This document shows positions 11,545-19,968 of a stretch of 60,875 bases of DNA, piece after piece; positions within the stretch are counted from its first letter, which is position 1, and the number at the start of each line of letters is the position of its first letter. The DNA lies in the NCBI GenBank assembly GCA_016781485.1, contig JADDQH010000006.1, forward strand, positions 1-60,875. Direction: 5' to 3'. A program made the translations under genes and the position numbers. This DNA comes from Chloroflexota bacterium. GTDB taxonomy: Bacteria; Chloroflexota; Limnocylindria; Limnocylindrales; CSP1-4. Below the pieces are notes generated by a model. The model worked only from the letters and a program-made list of their open reading frames with translations, was not told the origin of the DNA and did not search any database.

Positions 11545-12480
11545 TCAGAGCTCGTCCTCTTCCGCGAACCCGAGCTTGAACGTCTTCCGCGTGTAGACCT
11601 CGACCGTCCCCGGGACCATCACGACCCGCTCTGGCTCGACTCCTTCGATGAGCGGACCGGTCCGCATCACCAGCGACGGGATCCCCTTCTCCTCCATCCG
11701 CCGGCTCAAGTGCTCGGCCTCAGCCTTCGGCAGCTGAGCGACCACCCTCCATTCGTCACGCGGGATCGGCGGTTCCCCCTTGCCAATCTCCTTGCGCCAC
11801 CCTTCGTCGGCGAACATCTTGACCAACCGGACCTCGCGCGCCGTGTCGTGTCCGCGCTCGAACAGGGCGGAGCCGACGACGAGGATATCGGCGCCGAAAC
11901 CGCCCACGATCTCGGCGGTTTCGCGGCTGATGCCACCGTCGACGTGGATCTCCCACCCGTGGGGGCGCGGTTTGAAGTACGCAGCGGCCTCCGCGATCTT
12001 CGGCGCGCACCCGCGAATGAACTTCTGGCCGCCCCATCCCGGCTCGACGGTCATGATCATGATGATGTCGAGATCGGGCACGTAGGGTTCGACGGCGCTC
12101 GTCGGCGTCTTCGGGCTGACGGCGAGGCCCGACGCCCTCCGCGCCGTCCTGATCGTCCGCAGCGTCTCCCGCTTCACCTCGTCGGGCTCCTCGACCTCGA
12201 CGTGGAACGTGATGGAATCCGAACCGGCCTTGATGAAGCGCTCGACGTAGCGCGAGGGCTCGGAGATCATCAGGTGCACATCGAGGGGCAGCTTCGTCAG
12301 GTGGCGGATCGAGGCGACGACGTCGGGCCCGAAGGTGATGTTCGGGACGAAGTGCCCGTCCATCACGTCGAGATGGAGCCGGTCGACCCCTGCCTTCTCG
12401 AGCTTGCGCACGGCCCGGTACAGGTTCCCGAAGTCGGCCGTGAGGATGCTCGCCGCGACCCTCGCTCGACCGGTACCCAA
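11545..12480 (-). CDS. rpe: Ribulose-phosphate 3-epimerase with a C-terminal DUF2007-like extension
   Basis: ASILTADF, HLDVMDGHFVPNITFG, DVHLM, MTVEPGWGGQKF, VDGGI, VGSALF, followed by about 90 extra aa. Confidence 0.93.
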   Translation of the reverse strand: MGTGRARVAASILTADFGNLYRAVRKLEKAGVDRLHLDVMDGHFVPNITFGPDVVASIRHLTKLPLDVHLMISEPSRYVERFIKAGSDSITFHVEVEEPDEVKRETLRTIRTARRASGLAVSPKTPTSAVEPYVPDLDIIMIMTVEPGWGGQKFIRGCAPKIAEAAAYFKPRPHGWEIHVDGGISRETAEIVGGFGADILVVGSALFERGHDTAREVRLVKMFADEGWRKEIGKGEPPIPRDEWRVVAQLPKAEAEHLSRRMEEKGIPSLVMRTGPLIEGVEPERVVMVPGTVEVYTRKTFKLGFAEEDEL

Positions 12481-12493
12481 CCGGCTCGCTCCC

Positions 12494-13693
12494 TCAGGAC
12501 GCCGTCAGCGCCGCCGCGCTCTCGCGTTCGAGCCGCTCGCGTCTTCGGGCGACCGCGGCAGGGGCAGGCCGCGCGGCCTGCTCGGCCGCCAGCTGCCCGC
12601 ACGCCGCTCCGATGTCGACGCCGCGGTTCCGCCGGACGGTGGTCGGGATCCCCGACGCCCGGAGCGTCTCGGTGAACGCGGCGAGTCGCGCCGGTGGTGT
12701 CGGCTGCCACGGGGTATGAGCGACCGCATTCATCGGGATGAGGTTCACGTGAGCGAGTCGACCGCGCAGCAGGCGGACCAGCTCGGTCGCATCGTCGGGC
12801 GTGTCGTTGATGCCATCGATCATCACGTACTCGTAGCTCACCCGGCGCCCCGTGGTCCGGGCGTAGGCGGTCGCGACCTCGACGACGTCGGACGCCGGGT
12901 ACCGCCGATTCAGCGGTACCAGGACGTCCCGCAGGGCTGGCCGAGCAGCGTGCAGGGAGACCGCGAGCGTGTACTGGGGTCGGAGCGCCACGAGCCGCTC
13001 CATCCCGGGCAGCACGCCACTCGTGCTGATCGTGATGTGGCGCGTTCCGAGACCGAACCGCGAAGGGTCGCTGAGCGCCGCAGCGGCGCTCAGCACCGGG
13101 CCGACGTTCAGCAGCGGCTCGCCCATCCCCATGAACACCACGTTCGTCACGTGGCCGCCCTCGTCCGACAGTCGACGAGCCCAGAAGCGGACCTGGTCGA
13201 CGATCTCGGCAGCGGTGAGGTCCCGCTCGAAGCCGAGCTCCCCCGTGGCGCAGAACGGACAGCCGACGGCGCACCCCGCCTGGCTCGAGATGCAGACCGT
13301 CGAGCGGTCGCGCGCACCGTCACGGCCCGGGTAGCGCATCAACACCGACTCGATGTTCCGGCCGTCGTCGAGCGTGTGGAGCGCCTTCTCCGTCAGCCCG
13401 CGGTCTGCGAGCGTGACGGCGGTGTCGGCGAGCGTGTCCGCGCGGAAGTCAGCCTCGAGGGCGTCACGAAGCTGCCGCGGAAGGGTTCGCATCTCGTCGA
13501 ACGAGCCCGCGCTCCGGCGCCAGACGTGGTCCGCGATCTGGCGCGCGCGGTACAACGGTTCGCCCCGCTCCTGGAGCCAGGTGGAGACCGCAGGCGCGTC
13601 GAGACCGGCGATGCCGGGGCGCGGGTCGCGCGTGCGATCGCGGGACCCGGTGATGACGGGGAGCGATCGTCGAGGATCGGGGGAAGCAGTCAT
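12494..13693 (-). CDS. rlmN: Dual-specificity RNA methyltransferase RlmN (radical SAM)
   Basis: CISSQAGCAVGCPFCATG, VFMGMGEP, LAVSLHA, NLIP.N, RG.DIGAACGQL; ATG 13693 with TACGAT and GAGG upstream. Confidence 0.93.
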   Translation of the reverse strand: MTASPDPRRSLPVITGSRDRTRDPRPGIAGLDAPAVSTWLQERGEPLYRARQIADHVWRRSAGSFDEMRTLPRQLRDALEADFRADTLADTAVTLADRGLTEKALHTLDDGRNIESVLMRYPGRDGARDRSTVCISSQAGCAVGCPFCATGELGFERDLTAAEIVDQVRFWARRLSDEGGHVTNVVFMGMGEPLLNVGPVLSAAAALSDPSRFGLGTRHITISTSGVLPGMERLVALRPQYTLAVSLHAARPALRDVLVPLNRRYPASDVVEVATAYARTTGRRVSYEYVMIDGINDTPDDATELVRLLRGRLAHVNLIPMNAVAHTPWQPTPPARLAAFTETLRASGIPTTVRRNRGVDIGAACGQLAAEQAARPAPAAVARRRERLERESAAALTAS

Positions 13694-13700
13694 GGCCGCC

Positions 13701-14666
13701 TCATCGTAGCGTCCCCGACTGGACCCGGCTCCCGAGCAGCGTCCGTCGGCCTCGCGCGAACTCCTCGCCCGACATCCGTCGCCCGCCCGCTGGCTGGACA
13801 TCCAGGAGCCGAAGCAGACCGTCTGCAGTGACGAGACCGAGTCCCTGCCCGTCGTGGACGAGGTGCCCCGGGGACGGGCCGTCCGCATCCTGCGGCATCA
13901 CGACGGGCTCCGCCTTCCAAACGACGACCCGCCCGAACGGCGTGTCGAGGAACGAACCCGGCCAGCCCTGATACGCCCGCACCTGGCGACTCAGCTCCTC
14001 GGCGGACCGGTTCGGATCGAGGCGGCCGTCCTCCCGCCGGAGCGGCCGCGTGAGCGTCGCTCCATCCGACGGCTGGGGCGTCGCCGCGAGCGACCCGTCG
14101 AGCCAGTGGGCAAGCGACTCGGACAACAGAGCGGCTCCCTCCCGCGCGAGTCGATCTTCCAGTTCCGCGGCTGTCTCGTCGCCGCGGAGCGGCATCCGTC
14201 GCTGCGCGACGATGGGCCCCGTGTCGAGGCCGGGATCCATCTGGATCAGGGTGACCCCGGTCTCGTGGTCGCCGGCGAGGATCGCCGCCGGGACAGGCGT
14301 CGCCCCACGGTGCCGCGGCAACAGGGACGGGTGCACGTTGAGCGCGCCGTGAGACGGAAGGTCGAGCAGCTCCGAGGGCACGATCTGGCCGTAGTCGGCG
14401 AGCACGAGAAGCTCGGGGTCGAGTCCACGGATCGACGCGACCGACTCGGGCGCCCGGAGCCGCACGGGCGTGAGCGTGAGCATCCCGTGCTGTTCGGCCC
14501 ACGTGGCGACGGGAGACGGCGCCGGCTGCTGGCGCCGTCCGGCCGGTCTCGGAGGGGCGGTGATGACCGCGAGCAGGTCGACCGCCGTGCTCTCCGACAG
14601 CGCCTGAAGCGTAGGAAGCGCGAACCTTCCACTGCCCAGGAAGATGGTCCGGGCGCGGCTCGTCAC
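13701..14666 (-). CDS. fmt: Methionyl-tRNA formyltransferase
   Basis: IFLGS..FA, ADYGQI, LNVHPSLLPRHRGATP, GVT.IQMD.GLDTG; GTG overlaps the def stop. Confidence 0.95.
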   Translation of the reverse strand: MTSRARTIFLGSGRFALPTLQALSESTAVDLLAVITAPPRPAGRRQQPAPSPVATWAEQHGMLTLTPVRLRAPESVASIRGLDPELLVLADYGQIVPSELLDLPSHGALNVHPSLLPRHRGATPVPAAILAGDHETGVTLIQMDPGLDTGPIVAQRRMPLRGDETAAELEDRLAREGAALLSESLAHWLDGSLAATPQPSDGATLTRPLRREDGRLDPNRSAEELSRQVRAYQGWPGSFLDTPFGRVVVWKAEPVVMPQDADGPSPGHLVHDGQGLGLVTADGLLRLLDVQPAGGRRMSGEEFARGRRTLLGSRVQSGTLR

Positions 14667-15181
14667 GCGAGCGGGGTCGCCACCTCCCCGGCCCCGGTGC
14701 CACTTGCCTCGCCGGAAGCTGCGACGGGGATGAGCTCCTCCATCGACGCCAGGTAGTCGATATAGAGCTTGCCCTGCAGGTGGTCGAGCTCGTGCTGCAG
14801 CGCGCGCGACAGCACGCCTGCGCCGGCGACCTTGATCCTGCGCCCGTGTCGGTTCTGGGCGACCACCCAGACCTTCTCTCGCCGCGTGACGTAGGCGACG
14901 TAGCCGGGGATCGAAAGGCACCCCTCGAGGTCGCGATCGTCGCCGCTCGAGCGGACGATCGTCGGGTTCACGAGCTCGTGGAGCCGGCCTTCGACCTCGA
15001 CGACGCAAGCCTGGAGCGCGACCCCGAGCTGAGGGGCGGCGAGGCCGACGCCGGGGGCGTGGCGCATGGTATCGGCAAGGTCGTCGAGGAGCTCGTGCAG
15101 ATACTTCCCGAAGCTGTCGACGGGCTCACCCCGCAGGCGAAGACGCGGATCGCCGAGGGTGACGATCGGTTTGATGCTCAC
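14663..15181 (-). CDS. def: Peptide deformylase
   Basis: GVGLAAPQLG, EGCLSIPG, QHELDHLQG; GTG 15181 lies 8 nt after TATACT. Confidence 0.96.
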   Translation of the reverse strand: MSIKPIVTLGDPRLRLRGEPVDSFGKYLHELLDDLADTMRHAPGVGLAAPQLGVALQACVVEVEGRLHELVNPTIVRSSGDDRDLEGCLSIPGYVAYVTRREKVWVVAQNRHGRRIKVAGAGVLSRALQHELDHLQGKLYIDYLASMEELIPVAASGEASGTGAGEVATPLA

Positions 15182-15215
15182 GGGCGCGAAGTATAGCGGC
15201 GCACTCCCTCTCCTC

Positions 15216-17726
15216 TCAGAGCAGGCTTTCGGGGTCGACGTCCACGGACCAGGGCGGTCCGGGGTCGGCACCGACGACCGCGAGCGGGTCATCGCCGCGG
15301 ACGATGACGTTGAAACGCCACCGGCCGGCACGGCGGGCGATGTAGGCAGGAGCGGGACCCAGGACGACGGTCCGCCCGGGCATCTCCCGGGCACGGTCGC
15401 GGAGTCGCTCCGCGAGTCGCCGGCCTTCCTCCTCCGCGGCCTCACGCTCCTCGACCGCGACGGTGAGCTTGACGATCGATCCGAAGGGCGGCGACCCGAA
15501 CCGCCGCCGTCCCTCGAGCTCGGCCTCGTAGAAATGCTCCGCTTCCCCGCGAACGACGGCCTGGATCACGGCGTGCTCCGGCTGGTACGTCTGGACGATC
15601 GCAAGGCCCGGCCGCTCGCCTCGGCCGGCGCGCCCGATCGCCTGGGCGAGGAACTGGAACGTCCGCTCGGCGGCACGCTCGTCCGGGAGGTTCAGGGCGA
15701 CGTCCGCGGAGACGATGCCAACGAGCGTTACCTCCGGCACGTCGAGCCCCTTCGTCACGAGGCTCGTCCCGACGAGGACGTCGAGCTCGCCATGCGTGAA
15801 CGCATCGACCACTCGCATCGCCTCCCCCTTGCGCTCCACGACGTCCCGGTCGAGTCGTCGGACGCGCAGGTGCGGGAACCGGATCGAGACCTCTCGCTCC
15901 ACGCGCTCCGTGCCTCCCCCGAGGTATCGGATCCGCGGCGAACCGCACGCCGGGCAGCGTCGGGCCAGCGGAGCACTGGCGCCGCAGTGGTGGCAACGCA
16001 GAGAGAGCCCAGCGGCGTGGAACACGAGCGGGCGCTGGCACTCGGGGCAGATCTGGACGTAGCCACAGTCGCGGCAGAGAACGACGCTCGCCGACCCGCG
16101 TCTGTTCAGGACGAGGATCGCGCGGTCGCCCGAGCCGAGGTCCAGCATCTCGAGCGCCTCGACGAGCCGACGCGACAGGAGCCCGCGATTCCCTTCGGCC
16201 AGCTCGAGGCGCAGGTCGACGAGCTCGGCCGCCGCCGAGCGGCCGCTCGCACGCTCACTCAGCCGCAGGTGGACGAGCTCTCCGCTTCGCACCCGACCGA
16301 CGCTTACAACGTCCGGCGTCGCGCTGCCGAGGACGACGGGCGCCGACGCGAGCCGCCCGAGCTCGAGGGCGACATCGCGCGCCTGGTATCGCGGCGTCCG
16401 GTCGGACTTGTACGCCGCGTCGTGCTCCTCGTCCACGACCACGAGCCCGATGTGTTCGAGCGGTGCGAGCACCGCCATCCTCGTCCCCACCACGACGCGG
16501 ACCTCCCGCGCCCGGATCCGGCGCCACTCATCGGTCCGTTCGCCCTCGCCCAGCGCGCTGTGGAGGAGCCCGACCTCGAGGTCGAGATCGGCGCGGAGCC
16601 GGTCGAGGAGCGGCACGGCGAGGGCGATCTCAGGCACGAGGATCAGTGCGTCGCGCCCGGTTGCGAGCACTCCCGCGATGGCCGCGGCATACACCGCCGT
16701 CTTGCCGCTCGCGAGGACACCGTCGAGGAGGATCCCCTCGAACCGACGATCGCGGCTCCGGCCGACGATCAGGTCCACGGCCCGCTGCTGCTCGAGCGTG
16801 AGCGCGGCGCCTGCGGGAAGGCTTCGGCGCCCGCCCGCGACCCGGCCCTCCAGCGGCCGCCGTTCCTGCACCCGCGTCTCGAGCTGCACCAACCCCCGTT
16901 CGGCCAGGCTCTTGATCGCGCCGGGGCCGTGCCGCTCCGCCAGTCTCGCCGCCGCGATCCCGCGACCGTCGGAGATCGCCCCGTCCCGCCCGGCGAGCTG
17001 CTCCCGGAGCTCGAGAAGGACGCCTCGCTGCCGTGCTCCGAGCGCCCTGCCCGGCTGCGCGTCCCCGGCCAAGAGCGCGTGCGCGGTCCTCTCGCCCGCC
17101 TCCGAAAGCGTCGCCCACCGCTCGCGACGGCTTCTGGCGGTCGGCGCCTCGATCCGCCACTCCAGCTTCACCCGACCGGCGCGCGCCTCGGAGCGGAGAC
17201 TCCGGAGAAGCATCTCCCGGCTGCTGGTCGTGCGGATCTCGCGAACGGGCAGGCCGGCCGCTCCCGCCGCACGGATCGCCGCGACCGCTTCGACTGCGGG
17301 TGCTCCCGCCCGAGCCTCGGCGATCCCGGCGTCCCCGTCGGCAGCGGTGGTCCGGTCCGAGTCGACCGCCGTCGCGACGAGCTCGAGGCGCTCCAGCATC
17401 CCAGGCGGGAGCATCGCGCGGATCGCGAGCGCCGGAGGCACCAGGTAATGCTCGGCGACATACCGGGCGAGCGCGAGCTGCAGACGGGGGAGGAGCGGCC
17501 CGTCCGTCCGGACCCGTTCGAGGATCGGCTTCGTCTCGATCCCTTCTCCGGGCGCGTCGCCCTCGTCGAGGACGACGGCGAGCGCCTGGCGTCGACCGAA
17601 CTCGACGAGCACCGCTTCGCCCGCCGCGACGTCCGCGAGCAACGGCGGGAGATGGTAGGTATAGGCGCGAGCACCCGGGACACCGGCCGCGTCGATGGCG
17701 ACCTGGACGTATCGGCGGGCCGCCAC
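15216..17726 (-). CDS. priA: Primosomal protein N' (PriA helicase)
   Basis: YTY, LVPEIAL, HSAL..GER, DEEHD..YK, GSATP, LNRRG, four CxxC zinc motifs, GTE, KGLD. Confidence 0.95.
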   Translation of the reverse strand: MAARRYVQVAIDAAGVPGARAYTYHLPPLLADVAAGEAVLVEFGRRQALAVVLDEGDAPGEGIETKPILERVRTDGPLLPRLQLALARYVAEHYLVPPALAIRAMLPPGMLERLELVATAVDSDRTTAADGDAGIAEARAGAPAVEAVAAIRAAGAAGLPVREIRTTSSREMLLRSLRSEARAGRVKLEWRIEAPTARSRRERWATLSEAGERTAHALLAGDAQPGRALGARQRGVLLELREQLAGRDGAISDGRGIAAARLAERHGPGAIKSLAERGLVQLETRVQERRPLEGRVAGGRRSLPAGAALTLEQQRAVDLIVGRSRDRRFEGILLDGVLASGKTAVYAAAIAGVLATGRDALILVPEIALAVPLLDRLRADLDLEVGLLHSALGEGERTDEWRRIRAREVRVVVGTRMAVLAPLEHIGLVVVDEEHDAAYKSDRTPRYQARDVALELGRLASAPVVLGSATPDVVSVGRVRSGELVHLRLSERASGRSAAAELVDLRLELAEGNRGLLSRRLVEALEMLDLGSGDRAILVLNRRGSASVVLCRDCGYVQICPECQRPLVFHAAGLSLRCHHCGASAPLARRCPACGSPRIRYLGGGTERVEREVSIRFPHLRVRRLDRDVVERKGEAMRVVDAFTHGELDVLVGTSLVTKGLDVPEVTLVGIVSADVALNLPDERAAERTFQFLAQAIGRAGRGERPGLAIVQTYQPEHAVIQAVVRGEAEHFYEAELEGRRRFGSPPFGSIVKLTVAVEEREAAEEEGRRLAERLRDRAREMPGRTVVLGPAPAYIARRAGRWRFNVIVRGDDPLAVVGADPGPPWSVDVDPESLL

Positions 17727-17730
17727 GCTA

Positions 17731-18369
17731 CTAGAAGGTGATCGTTCGGTCCGGGTGCGACCTGTGCTCGGCTTCGATGATCTCGTTGATCTCGCGGGCC
17801 GTCCGGTCGGGTCTGCCCGTCTCGTTCACCACCACGTAGTCGTAGTCGGCCTGGTGCCCGAGCTCTTCGGCAGCGTCCCGCCGGCGCCGTTCCACCTGTT
17901 CGGGTGTCTCCGTGCCGCGGCCCACGAGCCTCCCCACGAGCTCCTCCAGCGACGGGGGTGCGACGAAGATCAGGAGCGCCTGAGGTACCTGCGCGCGGAC
18001 CTTCTCGGCGCCGTGGACGTCGATCTTGAGGATCGCGTCACGGCCGCTCTCGAGCGCCTCCACGACCTGGTCCGCGGGCGTACCGGCCCAGTGATCGTGG
18101 ACCGGCGTCGCCTCGAGGAACGCGCCCTGCTCGCGCAGGCGCTGGAAGCGCTCCTCGCTCACGAAGTGGTAGTCGATACCGTCGAGCTCCTGCGGCCTCC
18201 GCTCACGCGTCTTGTACGTCACCACGAAGTGGCGCTTGCCGTCGGGGTGGCTCTCCTTCAACGCCCGGAGGATCGTGTCCTTACCGACGCCGGAGGGCCC
18301 GGAGATGATGACGAGCATCGCCCCCGGCGCTCCGACGCACCGCACGTCAGGAGAGCGCGCGAGCGTCAT
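17731..18369 (-). CDS. gmk: Guanylate kinase (alternative ATG at 18318)
   Basis: IISGPSGVGKDT, TR..RP.E.DG.DYHFVS, IFVAPPS.EEL..RL..RGTE, YDYVVVN. Confidence 0.94.
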   Translation of the reverse strand: MTLARSPDVRCVGAPGAMLVIISGPSGVGKDTILRALKESHPDGKRHFVVTYKTRERRPQELDGIDYHFVSEERFQRLREQGAFLEATPVHDHWAGTPADQVVEALESGRDAILKIDVHGAEKVRAQVPQALLIFVAPPSLEELVGRLVGRGTETPEQVERRRRDAAEELGHQADYDYVVVNETGRPDRTAREINEIIEAEHRSHPDRTITF

Positions 18370-19318
18370 CGTGGCGCAGCCGCTCGAGGACTGCCTCGAG
18401 CTCTTGGGGGAGCGGCGCGGTGACCTGGATCAGTCGGTCCCCGGAGGGCGCGGCGAGTTCGAGCCGGGACGCGTGGAGGAAGAGGCGGGACAGGCCCTCC
18501 GGACCTCTGCGTGCACTCCCCATCGCATAGACGGGATCACCGGCGACGGGATGACGGATCGACGCGAGGTGGACCCGGATCTGGTGCGTCCGGCCCGTCA
18601 CCAGGTCGAGCTCGAGGAGCGTCCAGCCGCGCAGCCGCTCCTTGACCTGGTATCCCGTCGTCGCAGGTCTGCCGTCGGGCACGACCGCCATCCTCAGGCG
18701 GTTCCGCGGGTCCCGCCCGATCGGCGCCTCGATCCGGCCGGCGGCAGCCGCGACGTCGCCCCACACGAGCGCCAGATACCGCTTCTTGATCCGGCGCGCC
18801 TTGAGCTGCGCCATCAGCGACGCCTGCGCCGCGTCGTGCTTGGCGACCATGATCAACCCGCTCGTATCCCGGTCGAGCCGGTGAACGATGCCCGGCCGGG
18901 CGACGCCCGCGATGCCGCCGAACGACCGTCCGATCAGGTCGCCGTCGTCGTCCCGTTGCCGCTCGAGGCCGAGCAGCGCGTTGACGAGCGTCCCGCTGCG
19001 ATGACCGGGGGCGGGATGGGTCACCAGCCCGGCCGGCTTGTCGACGATCAGCAGGTCGTCGTCCTCGTAGACGATGGCGAGCGGGATCCGCTCGGGTGTC
19101 AGCTCCAGCGACGCGACCTCGGGTACATCGAGCTCGACTGTCGTGCCTGGTTGGAGCACCGCGTTCGCCTTGAGCGGCTTCCCGTCCAGCGTCAGGCGGC
19201 CCTCGGCGATGAGTCGCTGGACGTACGCGCGAGAGAGACCGGACGCGTCAGCGACGAATCGATCCACGCGGCCTCCGGCGGCTCCAGCGGGGACGCCGAC
19301 GGTGATCCGCCCCGGCAC
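18347..19318 (-). CDS. rluD: RluA/RluD family pseudouridine synthase with S4 domain
   Basis: RVDRFVA, IVYEDDDLLIVDKPAGLVTHP, GIVHRLDRDTSG, TGRTHQIRVH, LHA. Confidence 0.92.
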   Translation of the reverse strand: MPGRITVGVPAGAAGGRVDRFVADASGLSRAYVQRLIAEGRLTLDGKPLKANAVLQPGTTVELDVPEVASLELTPERIPLAIVYEDDDLLIVDKPAGLVTHPAPGHRSGTLVNALLGLERQRDDDGDLIGRSFGGIAGVARPGIVHRLDRDTSGLIMVAKHDAAQASLMAQLKARRIKKRYLALVWGDVAAAAGRIEAPIGRDPRNRLRMAVVPDGRPATTGYQVKERLRGWTLLELDLVTGRTHQIRVHLASIRHPVAGDPVYAMGSARRGPEGLSRLFLHASRLELAAPSGDRLIQVTAPLPQELEAVLERLRHDDARALS

Positions 19319-19341
19319 GTCAGATCCGCCCCGGCACGTCA
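19304..19341. repeat. Perfect 19-bp tandem direct repeat (gatccgccccggcacgtca x2) at the lspA-rluD junction
   Basis: Identical copies at 19304-19322 and 19323-19341, read directly from the sequence. Confidence 0.95.
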
Positions 19342-19959
19342 GCGGCTCACCCGGCCGCCGGGCTCCGGCGTCGGCGTCGCGGCGGTGACCCCGCCTCGGT
19401 CCTCTTCGGGCGACTCCGAGGAGCGTCTCCCCGACCGATCGCCCAGCAGTCCGATCGTGACGAGCGCGACGATGGCGGTGCTGATCGACGCGTCAGCGAC
19501 GTTGAACGTGTACCAGCGAAGATCGCCGACGCCCATGTCGACGAAGTCGATGACGTAGCCGAACCGTACGCGATCGATGAAGTTGCCGAGGGCACCCCCG
19601 AGCAGCAAACCGAGCGCGACCGTCAGGAGCCGGGACCTCCATCCGTGGCGCGCCTGGTAGTAGACGATGAACGCGATGACGGCGAGGCTCGCGATCGCGA
19701 GGATCGGCGCCGCCTCGCCGAAGAGCCCGAAGATCCCGCCCTCGTTGTAGGACTTCGCGATCCGGACGTTGTCACCGAGGACCGGCGTTGGTGCGTCGTA
19801 CCCAGGAGTCGGCCCACGGGTCCAGGCTGGCCGGAAATCCGCATCGACGAACGCTTTGGAGAGCTGGTCGGTGATGACGACCGCCAGTGCAAGACCCGCG
19901 AAGAGCACCCAGCGCCGGGTTCGGACGCTCCCCCCGGACTCCGCGTGCGTCTCCGTCAT
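19339..19959 (-). CDS. lspA: Lipoprotein signal peptidase (SPase II)
   Basis: DQLSK, N.GG.FG, GGALGNFIDR...GYVIDF, FNVADASI. Confidence 0.95.
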   Translation of the reverse strand: MTETHAESGGSVRTRRWVLFAGLALAVVITDQLSKAFVDADFRPAWTRGPTPGYDAPTPVLGDNVRIAKSYNEGGIFGLFGEAAPILAIASLAVIAFIVYYQARHGWRSRLLTVALGLLLGGALGNFIDRVRFGYVIDFVDMGVGDLRWYTFNVADASISTAIVALVTIGLLGDRSGRRSSESPEEDRGGVTAATPTPEPGGRVSR

Positions 19960-19968
19960 CTGCCCATG

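Noticed and set aside
12494-13693. Cfr-type resistance methyltransferase
   Set aside because: The housekeeping context (def-fmt-rlmN-rpe) and canonical RlmN motifs favour RlmN.
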